Source of the DNA: Selaginella moellendorffii
Taxonomy: Eukaryota; Plantae; Lycopodiophyta
DNA length: 64,000 bases
Direction: 5' to 3'
Assembly: GCF_000143415.4 (NCBI RefSeq)
Contig: NW_003314281.1
Coordinates: forward strand, 794,833 to 858,832
The translations under genes and the position numbers were made by a program. The stretch's first letter is position 1. Every line of letters starts with the position of its first letter. The notes under the pieces were generated by a model. The model was given only the letters and a program-made list of their open reading frames with translations. It made no database searches and was not told the origin of the DNA. This document shows positions 38,172 to 50,586 of this stretch, one piece after another.

Positions 38172-39435
38172 GAATCAAACTCCTTCGATCGATTCGCGCG
38201 ACGATCTAGCTAGTCGTAAGTAGAGTTATCTTCGATCTAGCGCTTCTTCCCCTATCCTATGATGAGACGATGAGCGGCGATTAGACTGGGGAGGGAAATC
38301 AGGCACTCCGCGAAGCATCCACAGCTCGAGACCCACAAATTTTCAACGCAGCTGGGCGCGGCCATGGCCAAGAACATGTGAAGCCCCTAAGAATAGCGCC
38401 TTATCTAAACTCGCCCAGCTTTTATTTACCCTTATAGTTACCCACAGTGTAGAAAATGCGCTAGCTTGGCGTACGGTAGCACGTGTCAGCACTGCCAGCT
38501 CTGCCGCCAGTGTCCACGTCACCAGAGGGGAGATTTACCTTTTTCAGGAATTTTGTTGGCGCGTTAGCTGCCTCACATTGTTCTATTGAAGCAACTTGTA
38601 AAACAGGTGTTTTAGGTTAGAGTTAGGGCTAAATATATCGGCAAGGTCTTTTGATTTTTTTACTATTCTAATACATATCCTTTCACGGAATCTTCTAGTT
38701 TGTCCGCTTTGTTCTGTCATGTTTGGGCAAAGATGGTAGCGTTGTTCTTCAAGTTATATAGCTTTCACTGTTCCAGCGCAAGACAAGCATCTAGAAATAT
38801 TGGAGCAAGCGTCGGTGATTGTGAGAAGCAGCCACACGCGATCGGTTGATTCGATCATCCAAGCGTCTAAATGATCTTTGAAATGCTGCAACTTGAACGA
38901 AAAGAAGTGAAAAATTTCGTCGTGATTTTATGGTCCTCCGACAATGTGTCCATTAGCTACAAGGTCCTCGTCAGCAAAACAACTTGGGGGCGAGAAAGCT
39001 ATGAAAAGATTTCAGAAAAGATTTCATGGAGGAACAAGGCTCAAGCAAGTCTCCACTTCCACTGCACCTAAAAAGCTTTACTTTCTTCTTCCCTCTTTTT
39101 TTTTTTTTTTTTCGTGCATGATAAGTGGTAGGAGACAAATTCCATTCCCATCACTACTAGGCCCACCGCTGCTCTAGATCAATTCAACCTAGGGATTACT
39201 TTTGATCCACAGCGAAATTTGGGCGATCCAAGTTATGAAGAATCTCGCGACTATGATTGCTTTTGGCGTGCTCGAATTTTGGACGTGCTAGACAGCTCTG
39301 AAGAAGAATTTTAAATTACCCGCCAGAATTTTAAACAGTAGGATATTCTCCTCTACATCGAATATCCTGATTTCAAGATTAGCGAAGAGCCCTAGCAGAG
39401 CCTTTTGCCGCCTAGGGCAAGGGAGCGCCGGGGCT

Positions 39436-40859
<1,424 letters not shown>

Positions 40860-40903
40860 CAGTGCGCTAACGAGATTCTTAACTTTTATTTCATAGAACA
40901 ATC

Positions 40904-41995
40904 TCAAAGAATAACATGAGAATATACCAAATGGTTTACTGTAGACTTTGGCAAGACGACGGTGGCCATGGGATGGAGCAGCCAAGTTCCGCTGAAAATC
41001 TCCCCAGTCAGCAGCGGATTACCATAGCCATGGTAGCGGCCAGTGACATACGACCACATGAGGCTCCCGGAAGCAACCATTGGGAACTCCCTTGCGAACT
41101 TCATCAGCTCCGAGTCGCTATTTTCTTCACTGGAAATCTTCCTCTGCAATGCCAGGATTGAGAGCTCTTCTTCTTGGATCATCTCGCAGAGCTGATCGAT
41201 GGCACCCTGGAACCTCGTCCCGCTGGGGCTGTGCTGCAGGAGAACTGAGATCCAGTTGTGGTGACCAGCACCTTCATAGAACTCTTTCCTGAAGGACAAG
41301 AGATCATTGACAAGAACAACGTGATCAGACACAGAATTGAGGAGCTCTCGAAAGACTGGAGACTGGATTTGACTTTCGTTGAGGCGGATTCCCATACAGA
41401 ACTCAGTCATGATACCGCCGACAGCTTCCATGAATCCAGTGGCACGGCGGGCAAGCTTGTATTCTTCCACTCCAGGGATACTTTTCTTGGCTCGGTGGTG
41501 AACTTGATCCTTCACGGCTTCCAGTGAAGCTCCCAGGCACTCCACGTAACGGTCCAGCAATGGTGGCTCCATACCAGCCCGGATCTCTTCCATAACTTCT
41601 CGGTAGAGAACCAACACAGGATTTGTGACATCCTCGTTGGAATTTCCACTGGCAAGGTTGGAGATGGTGGCGTTGAGCTTCGGGATCTCTTGTGTGGCGC
41701 TGGATTCCAGCAAATCGTCAAGGAGGAAGACGGCCCAGAGATGTTTCCCGGCCAGCACAATCTTCTCTCTCTCAGCATTGGGATGCATCATACAGGCGTA
41801 CAAACCGATCCTGGACTCCAGCACCTTCTTCTTGGAAGTCTCGTCGGCGATTCTCATCTTGCCAAGGAACCACTCGTCGATTTGGAGGCTGATTGATTGG
41901 AATTCCGGGTGGCAATAAAATGCAATGTTGTTGGGAAGCAATGGGAGCTCGAAATGGGTGACACCCAAAATTCTGGAAACTAGAACATCTTCCAT
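40904..41995 (-). CDS. MTPSL: Microbial terpene synthase-like protein (MTPSL), intronless, 363 aa
   Basis: DDLLE, NDLLSFRKE and WSYVTGRY; clear paralog of 5634-6740. Confidence 0.93.
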   Translation of the reverse strand: MEDVLVSRILGVTHFELPLLPNNIAFYCHPEFQSISLQIDEWFLGKMRIADETSKKKVLESRIGLYACMMHPNAEREKIVLAGKHLWAVFLLDDLLESSATQEIPKLNATISNLASGNSNEDVTNPVLVLYREVMEEIRAGMEPPLLDRYVECLGASLEAVKDQVHHRAKKSIPGVEEYKLARRATGFMEAVGGIMTEFCMGIRLNESQIQSPVFRELLNSVSDHVVLVNDLLSFRKEFYEGAGHHNWISVLLQHSPSGTRFQGAIDQLCEMIQEEELSILALQRKISSEENSDSELMKFAREFPMVASGSLMWSYVTGRYHGYGNPLLTGEIFSGTWLLHPMATVVLPKSTVNHLVYSHVIL

Positions 41996-42332
41996 ATTTT
42001 ATTCTTAAAGAAGAGAATGCTCACACAGATGCCTGGGTTTTGAATCCTTGTTTATATACTAGATCTTGTGGCTATGACGTCTTCAAAATTCAAACTTTTA
42101 AAAGTCAAACTTTTAAAAGTAGCGTAGTACTAATTCAAGTGGCGTAGTACTAAATGACTGGCACAACTTTTTAAAGGTTGTTATTATTAATTTAGAGAGA
42201 GTGCTCCCACGTTTTCCTTTTAAGGATATTAATCTAAGAAAAGGTAAAGATTGAATCCTTCGTCTCTAGACTTTTAATTTATTTCTTTTTGGTGTGGTTA
42301 GGATAGTGCATATTGTGAGGAACCCAAAATCT

Positions 42333-42535
42333 CTACACAAACAACTATAAAAGTATAAATTATGTTTAATTGATTGTGCTATAGAAAAGTCCACACAAAC
42401 AACTATAAAAGTATAAATTATGCTTAATTGATTGTGCTATGGAAAAGTCTTGGTTGTTGCAAATTTCCACACAAACAACTATAAAAGTATAAATTATACT
42501 TAATTGATTGTACTATGGAAAAGTCTTGGTTGTTA
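42333..42535. repeat. Three copies of a ~58-bp AT-rich unit upstream of the MTPSL
   Basis: CACAAACAACTATAAAAGTATAAATTAT..TAATTGATTGT..TA.GAAAAGTC occurs three times. Confidence 0.8.
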
Positions 42536-43267
42536 CATAGGAGGTATAGATTGACAATCAGAAGAGTATTGCTATGCATGAATTTACTCCGCACAAATAA
42601 GATAGATTTAACATCACTAGCATATGAACTAAATATCATGTAATATTTTAATATAATGTCAAGAAGTCAGAACCTCGCTTCTTTCTAGATTATTGTTGAT
42701 AAGATTGATGTTGATCGATCAGTATTTCTTGAGCTTTTTGAGGTTAACAATTTGGAGATATTCATTCTATGTTTAATTTCTACACTATGACAACTCAAGA
42801 TAAAGAGGATTTAAATTCTCTTTTGCCTCAAAAATGGTTGTCAAACAATGCTGTAAATAATTGCATCAAATTGAACTTATTCAAAACTGTAATAACAAAA
42901 ACTTTATAAAGGAAGTGCAGAATATGAAAAATACTCATATTATTGGTTTCTAATCTTTAAAAGGTAAAGTTTTTTTCCTTTTTCATTACCTTAATTGGTT
43001 TTGCAACAATCATTAATCTGCAATTGTTTATACTTTTTTAAAAGGAAAAGTAGAGGGATTATTCTCCATTTTAATCCTATGATCCTAGTCTATGACCAGC
43101 ATTTTATTAATAATGGTAAATTATATTAAGTGTAAGTGTAAGATTGTGTGGTGAAAGTATTATAGGACACCACCTATAACTAAGTCCCATTGACCATTGG
43201 GGCTTCCTCACCATATTATAACTATATAGTTCTTATACTAGTGACAAGATATATAAATAAATCTATA

Positions 43268-43269
43268 AA

Positions 43270-43342
<73 letters not shown>

Positions 43343-43466
43343 ACATATGATATATATATACATACATGTGTATATGCATATACATATATATACATACATC
43401 TATACATATCTATATACATATATATACATATATCTAAATATCATACCAGGTGTGTGTGTGTGTGTG
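43268..43466. repeat. (TA)n/(TG)n microsatellite
   Basis: Visible directly in the sequence. Confidence 0.95.
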
Positions 43467-44232
43467 AGGTCCAAGTGTACGGTTATGATACCATATACTA
43501 ATATTAACATAGTTAGATTTTGGTAGCCATCTGAGTGATTTCAATTTGGACCACTCATTTTTGCATATAAATTAGGATTTTTGGGCTAATTGATATGCAT
43601 ATCCCTTTCTATATTCTATGCCCTCAATTGGTGGAGATGAGGGGCACTTTTGATTGTCCTTGAGAAGTGTTTGGATTTGGGATTTTGGTTTAAATCTAGC
43701 TTTTGGGTTGTCTAGATTTAACTTTTTCCATTTTCTTCTTTTTATTCTTTTATTTCAAGATTTTAGTTTCGATTTAGCTTTTGCATCATTTAAATCTCTC
43801 TTTCCTTCTAGTATTTTTTTTCATTTATCTTCTTTTGCTCTTTCTTTTTCATTTATCTTTATGGCAGAGCAGTAGTCTCCTCCTCTTTTGACCCTAGAGC
43901 AACAGTTGGTGCAATTGCTTAATGCTATGTGATTGCAATTGAACAACCAAACTTAGTTGATGGCAGCATTCATGGCACATGGTACAGCTCCTCTTGCTCT
44001 TGGTGCCAATCCTTGCATTTGGCCCGAGTTCTTTCGTGGGAATCCTAGAGATAATGTGTACCATTAGTTCGATCACTTCACAGTGATTGCCATATATCAT
44101 TCTTGGGATGATGTTTAATGTTTGCGTGAGTTTCCCACGTGTCTCCAAGGGACAGCACTGCAGTGGTACAATGGTTTGAGTGTGTAGCACATGTGGTTTT
44201 TACCCTTTATTCTATAGTGATTTACCATAGGA

Positions 44233-47145
44233 CATAGCTTCAAAACATGAACATGAACACGAACACGGCATTCAATTTTTTGAACACAAACACGGAATAC
44301 GGAAATGAACACGGATAAACACGGGTGAAAACACGAATATTCTCTAGAATATTCTACTTATCACTCCATCTCATCTAGAAGCTCCTCATTAGCAGGATCA
44401 TCATCTTCGTCTTCATCCTCTTCTTCCATAGCTTCAATATCAGCATCAGTAATTTGAGGAATACTTCCTGTCTGGCTCAATCCCACAAACTTGTCATAGG
44501 AAGTGTGGCTCCCTATCAACTTGGTATTACTGGCCACAAATACGAAGTCTGCAATCCGGCTCACTGCTAAGCAATTCCTCTTCTTTGAAGTGATGTGCCC
44601 AAAAATGCTGAACAATCACTCCATAGATGAGGAAGACTTGCCTGACTAAGCACTTGAATTGCCAACCTCTGCAAATCTGGACCTGAGTAGCCATTGTCCT
44701 CCCACCACTGCACAGAACCCTTTGTTGTACGATCCGTCTGAGAGTCCCTGATGCCAAAACTACCCTCCAAGTTCCTATATTGGCAAAGCTGATTTTTTAT
44801 AGTTGACCTTTGCTGATAGTTAGGGAACTGGTACATGTTCCAATCTTTGGAAACTTCCTTGGATTTTTCCTGTCCTCGCCCCTGAAACTCTGGATCAAGC
44901 ATGTATGCCACGGAGTGAAAGGTGCTATGATAAGCCCACCACCTGTTTGAAATCAGTTGGTTTAGCTCCTCATACCTAAGATTGTTCTCCTCTTGTTGAC
45001 AGATGTTCTCACTCATCTGATCCATCCCCTCGTAGACCTTCCCAATCACAGGCACGTCTCCGTCAACCATCTGTAGCAAATACATCACCCTCCTTGAAAC
45101 ACCCAGCATGTGGTTAACCTCATTCTAGTATGTATCGTTGAACACAATTCCTCGGCATGCTATCCCAGAATCTATCCTTGACTCTAGCCTTGCATTGTAA
45201 GCGTTGCTCACAAACATTTGTTGTAGCTTTGGCCTCAGCTCCACCAATCTCTCCATCATAAGAAAGTTGAAGGCGAATCGTGTTTCAGTGAACTTCAACA
45301 CTCGTCGTGAAGAGAAGGATGCCAAAATTGCTACTAGATGCGAATGGTTCTGGAGGAAGCCAACCAAAGTCTTTCCCTTGTCTAGCAGCCCAACCATCCA
45401 TGGTAGTTTTGAGAAATCCTTGAGAATGTTGTTCAAACAATGAGCTAAGCACAAAGCCCACATAATCCTTGGCTTCCTCACCTCTAGAAGCCTAGCAGCA
45501 GCCTTGTTTGAAGCCTCACCATCTGTGACAATAAGAACAACATTCTCCTCTCCAACAATCTCGATACCTCGCTCCCATGTCACAAAAACGTTATCAGCCG
45601 TCTTCCCACTAGAGGATATATCAATAGCCTCGAGAAAAGTCGACTGTCCTCTGCTGTATGCAACAAGCCCCATGATATGTCAATTTCTTGTGTCATTCCA
45701 TGCATCAGCAACAAGAGTAACCCCACAATTCTTCCAATGTGCCTTCACCTTGGCAAGTTGAACTTCAAGATTGGCTTTCTCCACTTGCAACAATTGCTCT
45801 TGCAATGCTGTCTCTGTTGGAAGATTGTAGGGAATTCCATGCCTTGCAATCTGCTGCACCATCTCCTTGAAATGGTGAGAACGAGCTTTCACAAATGGTA
45901 TGTGCTCGTTCCAGAAAAATCATCCTATAGCCATATCCACTGCTTCCTTCCTTTTTGGATCAAAAGAATCCCGGATTCCCTGCTGTCATTGCGAAAAAAA
46001 CTTGGAAATTCCTTCTACAGAATTGCCACCTAGTGTAGAACTCTGGGAAGCAACAAAACTCTCTCCTCCAATGCTTTGGATGCCTTCAACACGTGTAGAA
46101 ACTGCTCGTTTCTTGCTTTGGTGTTTTCCAGCCAAAACCTGGTCATCGATGGTTTTAGCCATCTCCCTAAGTTGTTGTCTCTTCTCTACTGAGATGACAT
46201 CACAACTTAAGATTTCATGACCAGCTTCCCCTGTGAGATGTCCCCTCACACGATCCACACCTGAAACTTTGTCTCTCAACGAACACCACTTGCAAGACCA
46301 GCATCGATGCCCACTACGGCAGTTTGTTTGATCACCAAGGATCACTTCTTCCCACCAAACGGATGATGGATGTCGCCCTGTTGAAGTCCTCCTGCTCTTG
46401 CTCCCAAATGCCATCACTCAGCTCAACCTCTAAAATCCTGCACCTGCTTCTACTCCAATCCACAATCACTCAGTCCAACCTCTAAAATCCCACACCCTGC
46501 TGCTGCTCCAATCCACAATTGCTCAGCCTCTAAAATCCCACACCCTACTCCTGTTCCAATCCACAATCGGTCACGCCCTGCGCCTAAATTTTTTTTGAAA
46601 AACTCAAAATTTTAGAATCATGCCGTCAATAACACAATCGCAACGCCAAGCAACTAAGAATCACAGCAATCTACAAAGATGTAGTGCCAAGCAGCTAAGA
46701 ATTATGGAAGAAGCAATCCAAGGAGAAAATTTGGGAGAGAAAATCTACAAACCTGGAGACAATGATCAAGAATTTTTTGCAGCGAAATCAGATGTGGTTG
46801 AGCACCATTCCTCCCACTCCAGCGCTAGAATCCTAGAGAGGGCATTCCCAGCCCAAGAAAATCGCCATAGATCGCTGGAAAAACCTTTTGATTGATCGCA
46901 GGAATTTTTGATTGATCGCAAGACAAGAAAACATCAAAGCGCAAAACACTCACGTGAACCACGTGAGCTATTGTTTTAGAACATAGCGTGGTCACATGGT
47001 ATTTGACCGTGTTTCAACCATGTTTGGAGCCGTGTTTTGGAGCATTGACCAAGTCAATGAACACGGCCCGTGTTAACACGGCTGGGGGCCGTGTTCGTGT
47101 CACCACGCCAACATGCCGTGGTGCACGCCGTGTTTTGAAGCACTA
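44233..47145 (-). mobile_element. hAT DNA transposon with a disrupted transposase (BED-like N-terminus, DUF659 region, hAT dimerisation domain)
   Basis: Imperfect TIRs CATAGCTTCAAAACA / TAGTGCTTCAAAACA, 8-bp TSD CCATAGGA on both sides, subterminal AACACG repeats, and motifs ADAW.D, VTDGEASN, CLAHCLN, TRFAFNF, WWED.G...LQRLAIQVLSQ. Confidence 0.92.
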
Positions 47146-49027
47146 CCATAGGATAACCACGAAGTGGAACCTATACCCTCTATATGCCATGTGTCACATG
47201 CCACATGCTACATGCCATGTGTCCAAAGGACAGTGGTGCGAACTTGAGTTTCAAGGCCTTGGGTCACAGAACAAAGGAACGGTGCCAAACTCCTAAGTAT
47301 GGAGTCGAAAAGCGAAGGAATCGAACCACAAAACAACTCTTGAGCGTACAGCTTAAGGAGTAAAGGGATAGGAGCACGAAGCAACTTGGAATAGTCCTAA
47401 AGCATCAAATATCCCAATGTTAGGACCAGCACACAAAATGGAGCCAAACAGAGTTTAGTGCTATTTCAGCATACTGGTGGCCTAACGCGAGGATATGGGT
47501 ACTCCACCAGCTAGCATGGAATGGAACTTGGGCTTAAACCTAAGCCGGACGCAAAACAAGGACAAGCACGTAAGTAGAAGCTAAATTATGCCTCAGGTTG
47601 GTCAACCATGCCCGACCTACCCACTATCCCTACTATACATTTGGAACCCCTCATAGCGAGGGTGTTTGGCAGATATAGTAAGCTATCATCTAGTGAATAT
47701 TGAGGGACTAAGTTCAATATTGCAGGGGTTCCTAACATTAGCAAGTGCAAGCCAACGAATGAGTTTCTCTATCTAGGTCAAATATGCTTGACTAATAGCA
47801 CTTAGGAATTCCGTCCTTATGCTCATCTGGTCAAGTGCACATGCAAAGACCAATTTCTCAACTAACTTAGGCGAATACTGATGAAGGATCTAACAATACT
47901 GACCTCTTGCCGTCGTGGCAGTAAAGAAAGAATATCTGAAAGGACTAGCTGACAGGTAACTTTCGATACCTGAAGTCACATTCACGACAAAGCATAGCCA
48001 CTCATGGGGATTAAAGTGTTCTCTTGGACATCTTTAAATGTGCATTCGGACATGCCAATGACTGTGATAATGCCTTTCAACAATTGCATTGTCTTTGTCA
48101 AGGGCCATCTAAGTCGGTGATGTAGTTTAGTGTTCGTTTTTGAAGCTTCTTGCTTTGTGCGGAGCCAAATATGTCAGAGCGGATTAAGCTAGGAATGTTG
48201 TGGCCAACACTTTGTCAAGATCTTGTCAGACTTGTGCATGCACTTGCTCCAGCCACCCTTGATGATGCTCTTCACTTGGCACAACATTATAAAACATCAC
48301 CTCTTCCACTTTTCATTGCACGTCCTTAAGCTCCACTTCCTATGCACGATGGTCCTGTTCCAGTGGAGGTTGATGTTGCTACTGTTGCTCGAGTCCAAGG
48401 ATAAGGGTGAGGATATAGTCGTGGCCGTGATGTTTGCTGCTGGACATGTGATGAAGTTGGTCACACTTATCGGCATTGTCAGCATTTTTCAGATTGGTAG
48501 CCTCCATTTCCTGGGTGGAGACCTTGGCATCAACAACATCTTGTTGGTGTTATTGCAGTGGAAGGTCTTGACATCGAAATGTATTCGGGAAACAAGAAGT
48601 CACACAAGTAACAAAGGGACCTTGCGCGAATAAGTCAGTGACCCTTCCATTTTTCTTTCGGGAGTATTATCAAGGGGTTCATTCGCACCAATTCATCCAG
48701 TATTTACTTTCCAAACTCCTTTTATAACAAGAAGTCTCCTATTATTCTCTCCGTGTTGATTGATATAGATTCAAGTTTTATTATTTGACTAGTTGCCACA
48801 TATTGCCATCTACACTTGTATCATGCGGTGGAGCCAATTTTCATTCTTTATGGTAGCGGCCATACACATGTATATGCATGGGATGAGGCAGGCCTAGTTG
48901 TGTGTGTGGGTGATCTCAACTTTGGGTTGCAGTCATTGCGGGTGATGACGAGTCAAACTTTTGATGTCATCTTTGGTATGGATTAGTTGCAACACAATCA
49001 TACGAAATGTGATTTTGAGGCTTCTCT

Positions 49028-50192
49028 TGTAAGCCACAAAATTTTTCCTTTCCAATTTGCCAGCTTACCTCGCCTATCCAACCAACTCTGCCTTGGCTTG
49101 TGCTAAGTTCCCTCGCCAAGGTTCTCGCCTATGGTACCAGCTCCTACTTGGTTTCAGCTACTTACTGCACGAGCAATGGAGTGTTAGCCATCCATCTACG
49201 GATTCCCAAATCTCTCCCAATCCCCCTCCCCGGGTTAGACTGGACTTAAGGTTCGGCTACACTCCCCGCAGGCACAAGCAGCCAAGCACACCAAGCCTCC
49301 AGATTCCTAACACCCCTTGGTACCACAAGACTTGATCATGGGACCCTCTAAATCCCAAGCCTTGGGTGCAGCACTTGCTTCGGGACGTCGGGGCGAAACA
49401 CCGTGGCCTAACGGCCCGGTATGGGTACCTCTACCCCCCTTCTTCCATCCCGAAGGGAAGGCCCAAGCCCCCGGAAGGGCGAGGACCAATGAGCCACAAG
49501 GTACTCAAGTGGGGCACCACTCCACCTGAGCCGGGAGCACCGCAGTCGGTTTCCCTTTCGGGAGTGGGAGTTGCTCTTGAGCACTTCCTTGGATGGCCCC
49601 TCCGGCCCCAGCCAAGTCCATGCTCACTCCCACCCAAGGCCCCTCGGTCCCAGTTTCAACCTCAAGTCGGTTTGGAAGCCCAACTGGAGAGTCCCTTCAA
49701 AACTGGTTCCTGGACCTCACTATCCCTACTATACTTTTGGAACCCCCTGCAGCCCCCCCCCCCCCCCTGGGAGATGCACGCTTTGGGCTTTCACCCCTTG
49801 ACCTGTATTAGTATTTGGACTTAGTCTCTGGCTCGATCTCGGACCCGATTTCGGATCCGACTTCGGATTTGGTTTCGGACTCGATCTCGGACTTGATCTC
49901 GGACCCGATCTCGGACCCGATCTCGGATCCGACCTCGGACTCGACCTCGAACTCGGTCTCGGACCCGATTTCGGATCTCGGACTCCGTCTCGAACTCGGT
50001 CTCGAACTCGAACTCGAACTCGGTCCCCGAGTTGGTCTCGAACTTGATTCCGGACTCTATCTCGAACTCGGTCCTAGAGTCGGTCTTGGACTCGATCCTC
50101 GACTTGGTCCCATCCGATGAACTCTTTGTCATTTCGGTCAAGCTTTTGGGGATCCTTTAGCCTACGACATCTCGGGGAGTCGGTTCCTTACA
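49028..50192 (-). repeat. 3' LTR
   Basis: Near-identical to 55183-56324; TG...CA ends; hexamer array and poly-C tract. Confidence 0.95.
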
Positions 50193-50204
50193 ACTCCACC
50201 ACCC
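50193..50204 (-). promoter_or_regulatory. Polypurine tract
   Basis: GGGTGGTGGAGT on the minus strand abuts the 3' LTR. Confidence 0.7.
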
Positions 50205-50586
50205 ATAGAAGAAGTTCGATGCCCACATCGAACGTCTCGTTTTATCCTACGACTTGTTGACCATGTCTCCGGGGGCATCCCCCCACTTAGCGGTGTGCCT
50301 AAGTTAGCCTCCCCGGCCAAGAGCCCATGACAACGGAATATAGGTGTCCCTATACTCCTCACCTCACCACGCCCTAGTATGGGGTCGGGACTTGAACCCA
50401 GCCTTGCTTTACTAGGGGGTTGGGACTCGAACCCAACCTCCGTAGAATACGTCTACATCCCCGCGGGGAGTCGGGCGTAGTGCCCTACGCCTGGTCGACC
50501 TATCCAACCCATGCTAATTAGCTTACCTTTGGCGCGCCTTCGGGTCCCAACATATGCCACTTGCTCAACTTTGCAAATTGATATTT

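Noticed and set aside
47878-47935. Hammerhead ribozyme core (CTGATGA...GAAA)
   Set aside because: The required flanking stems could not be formed.
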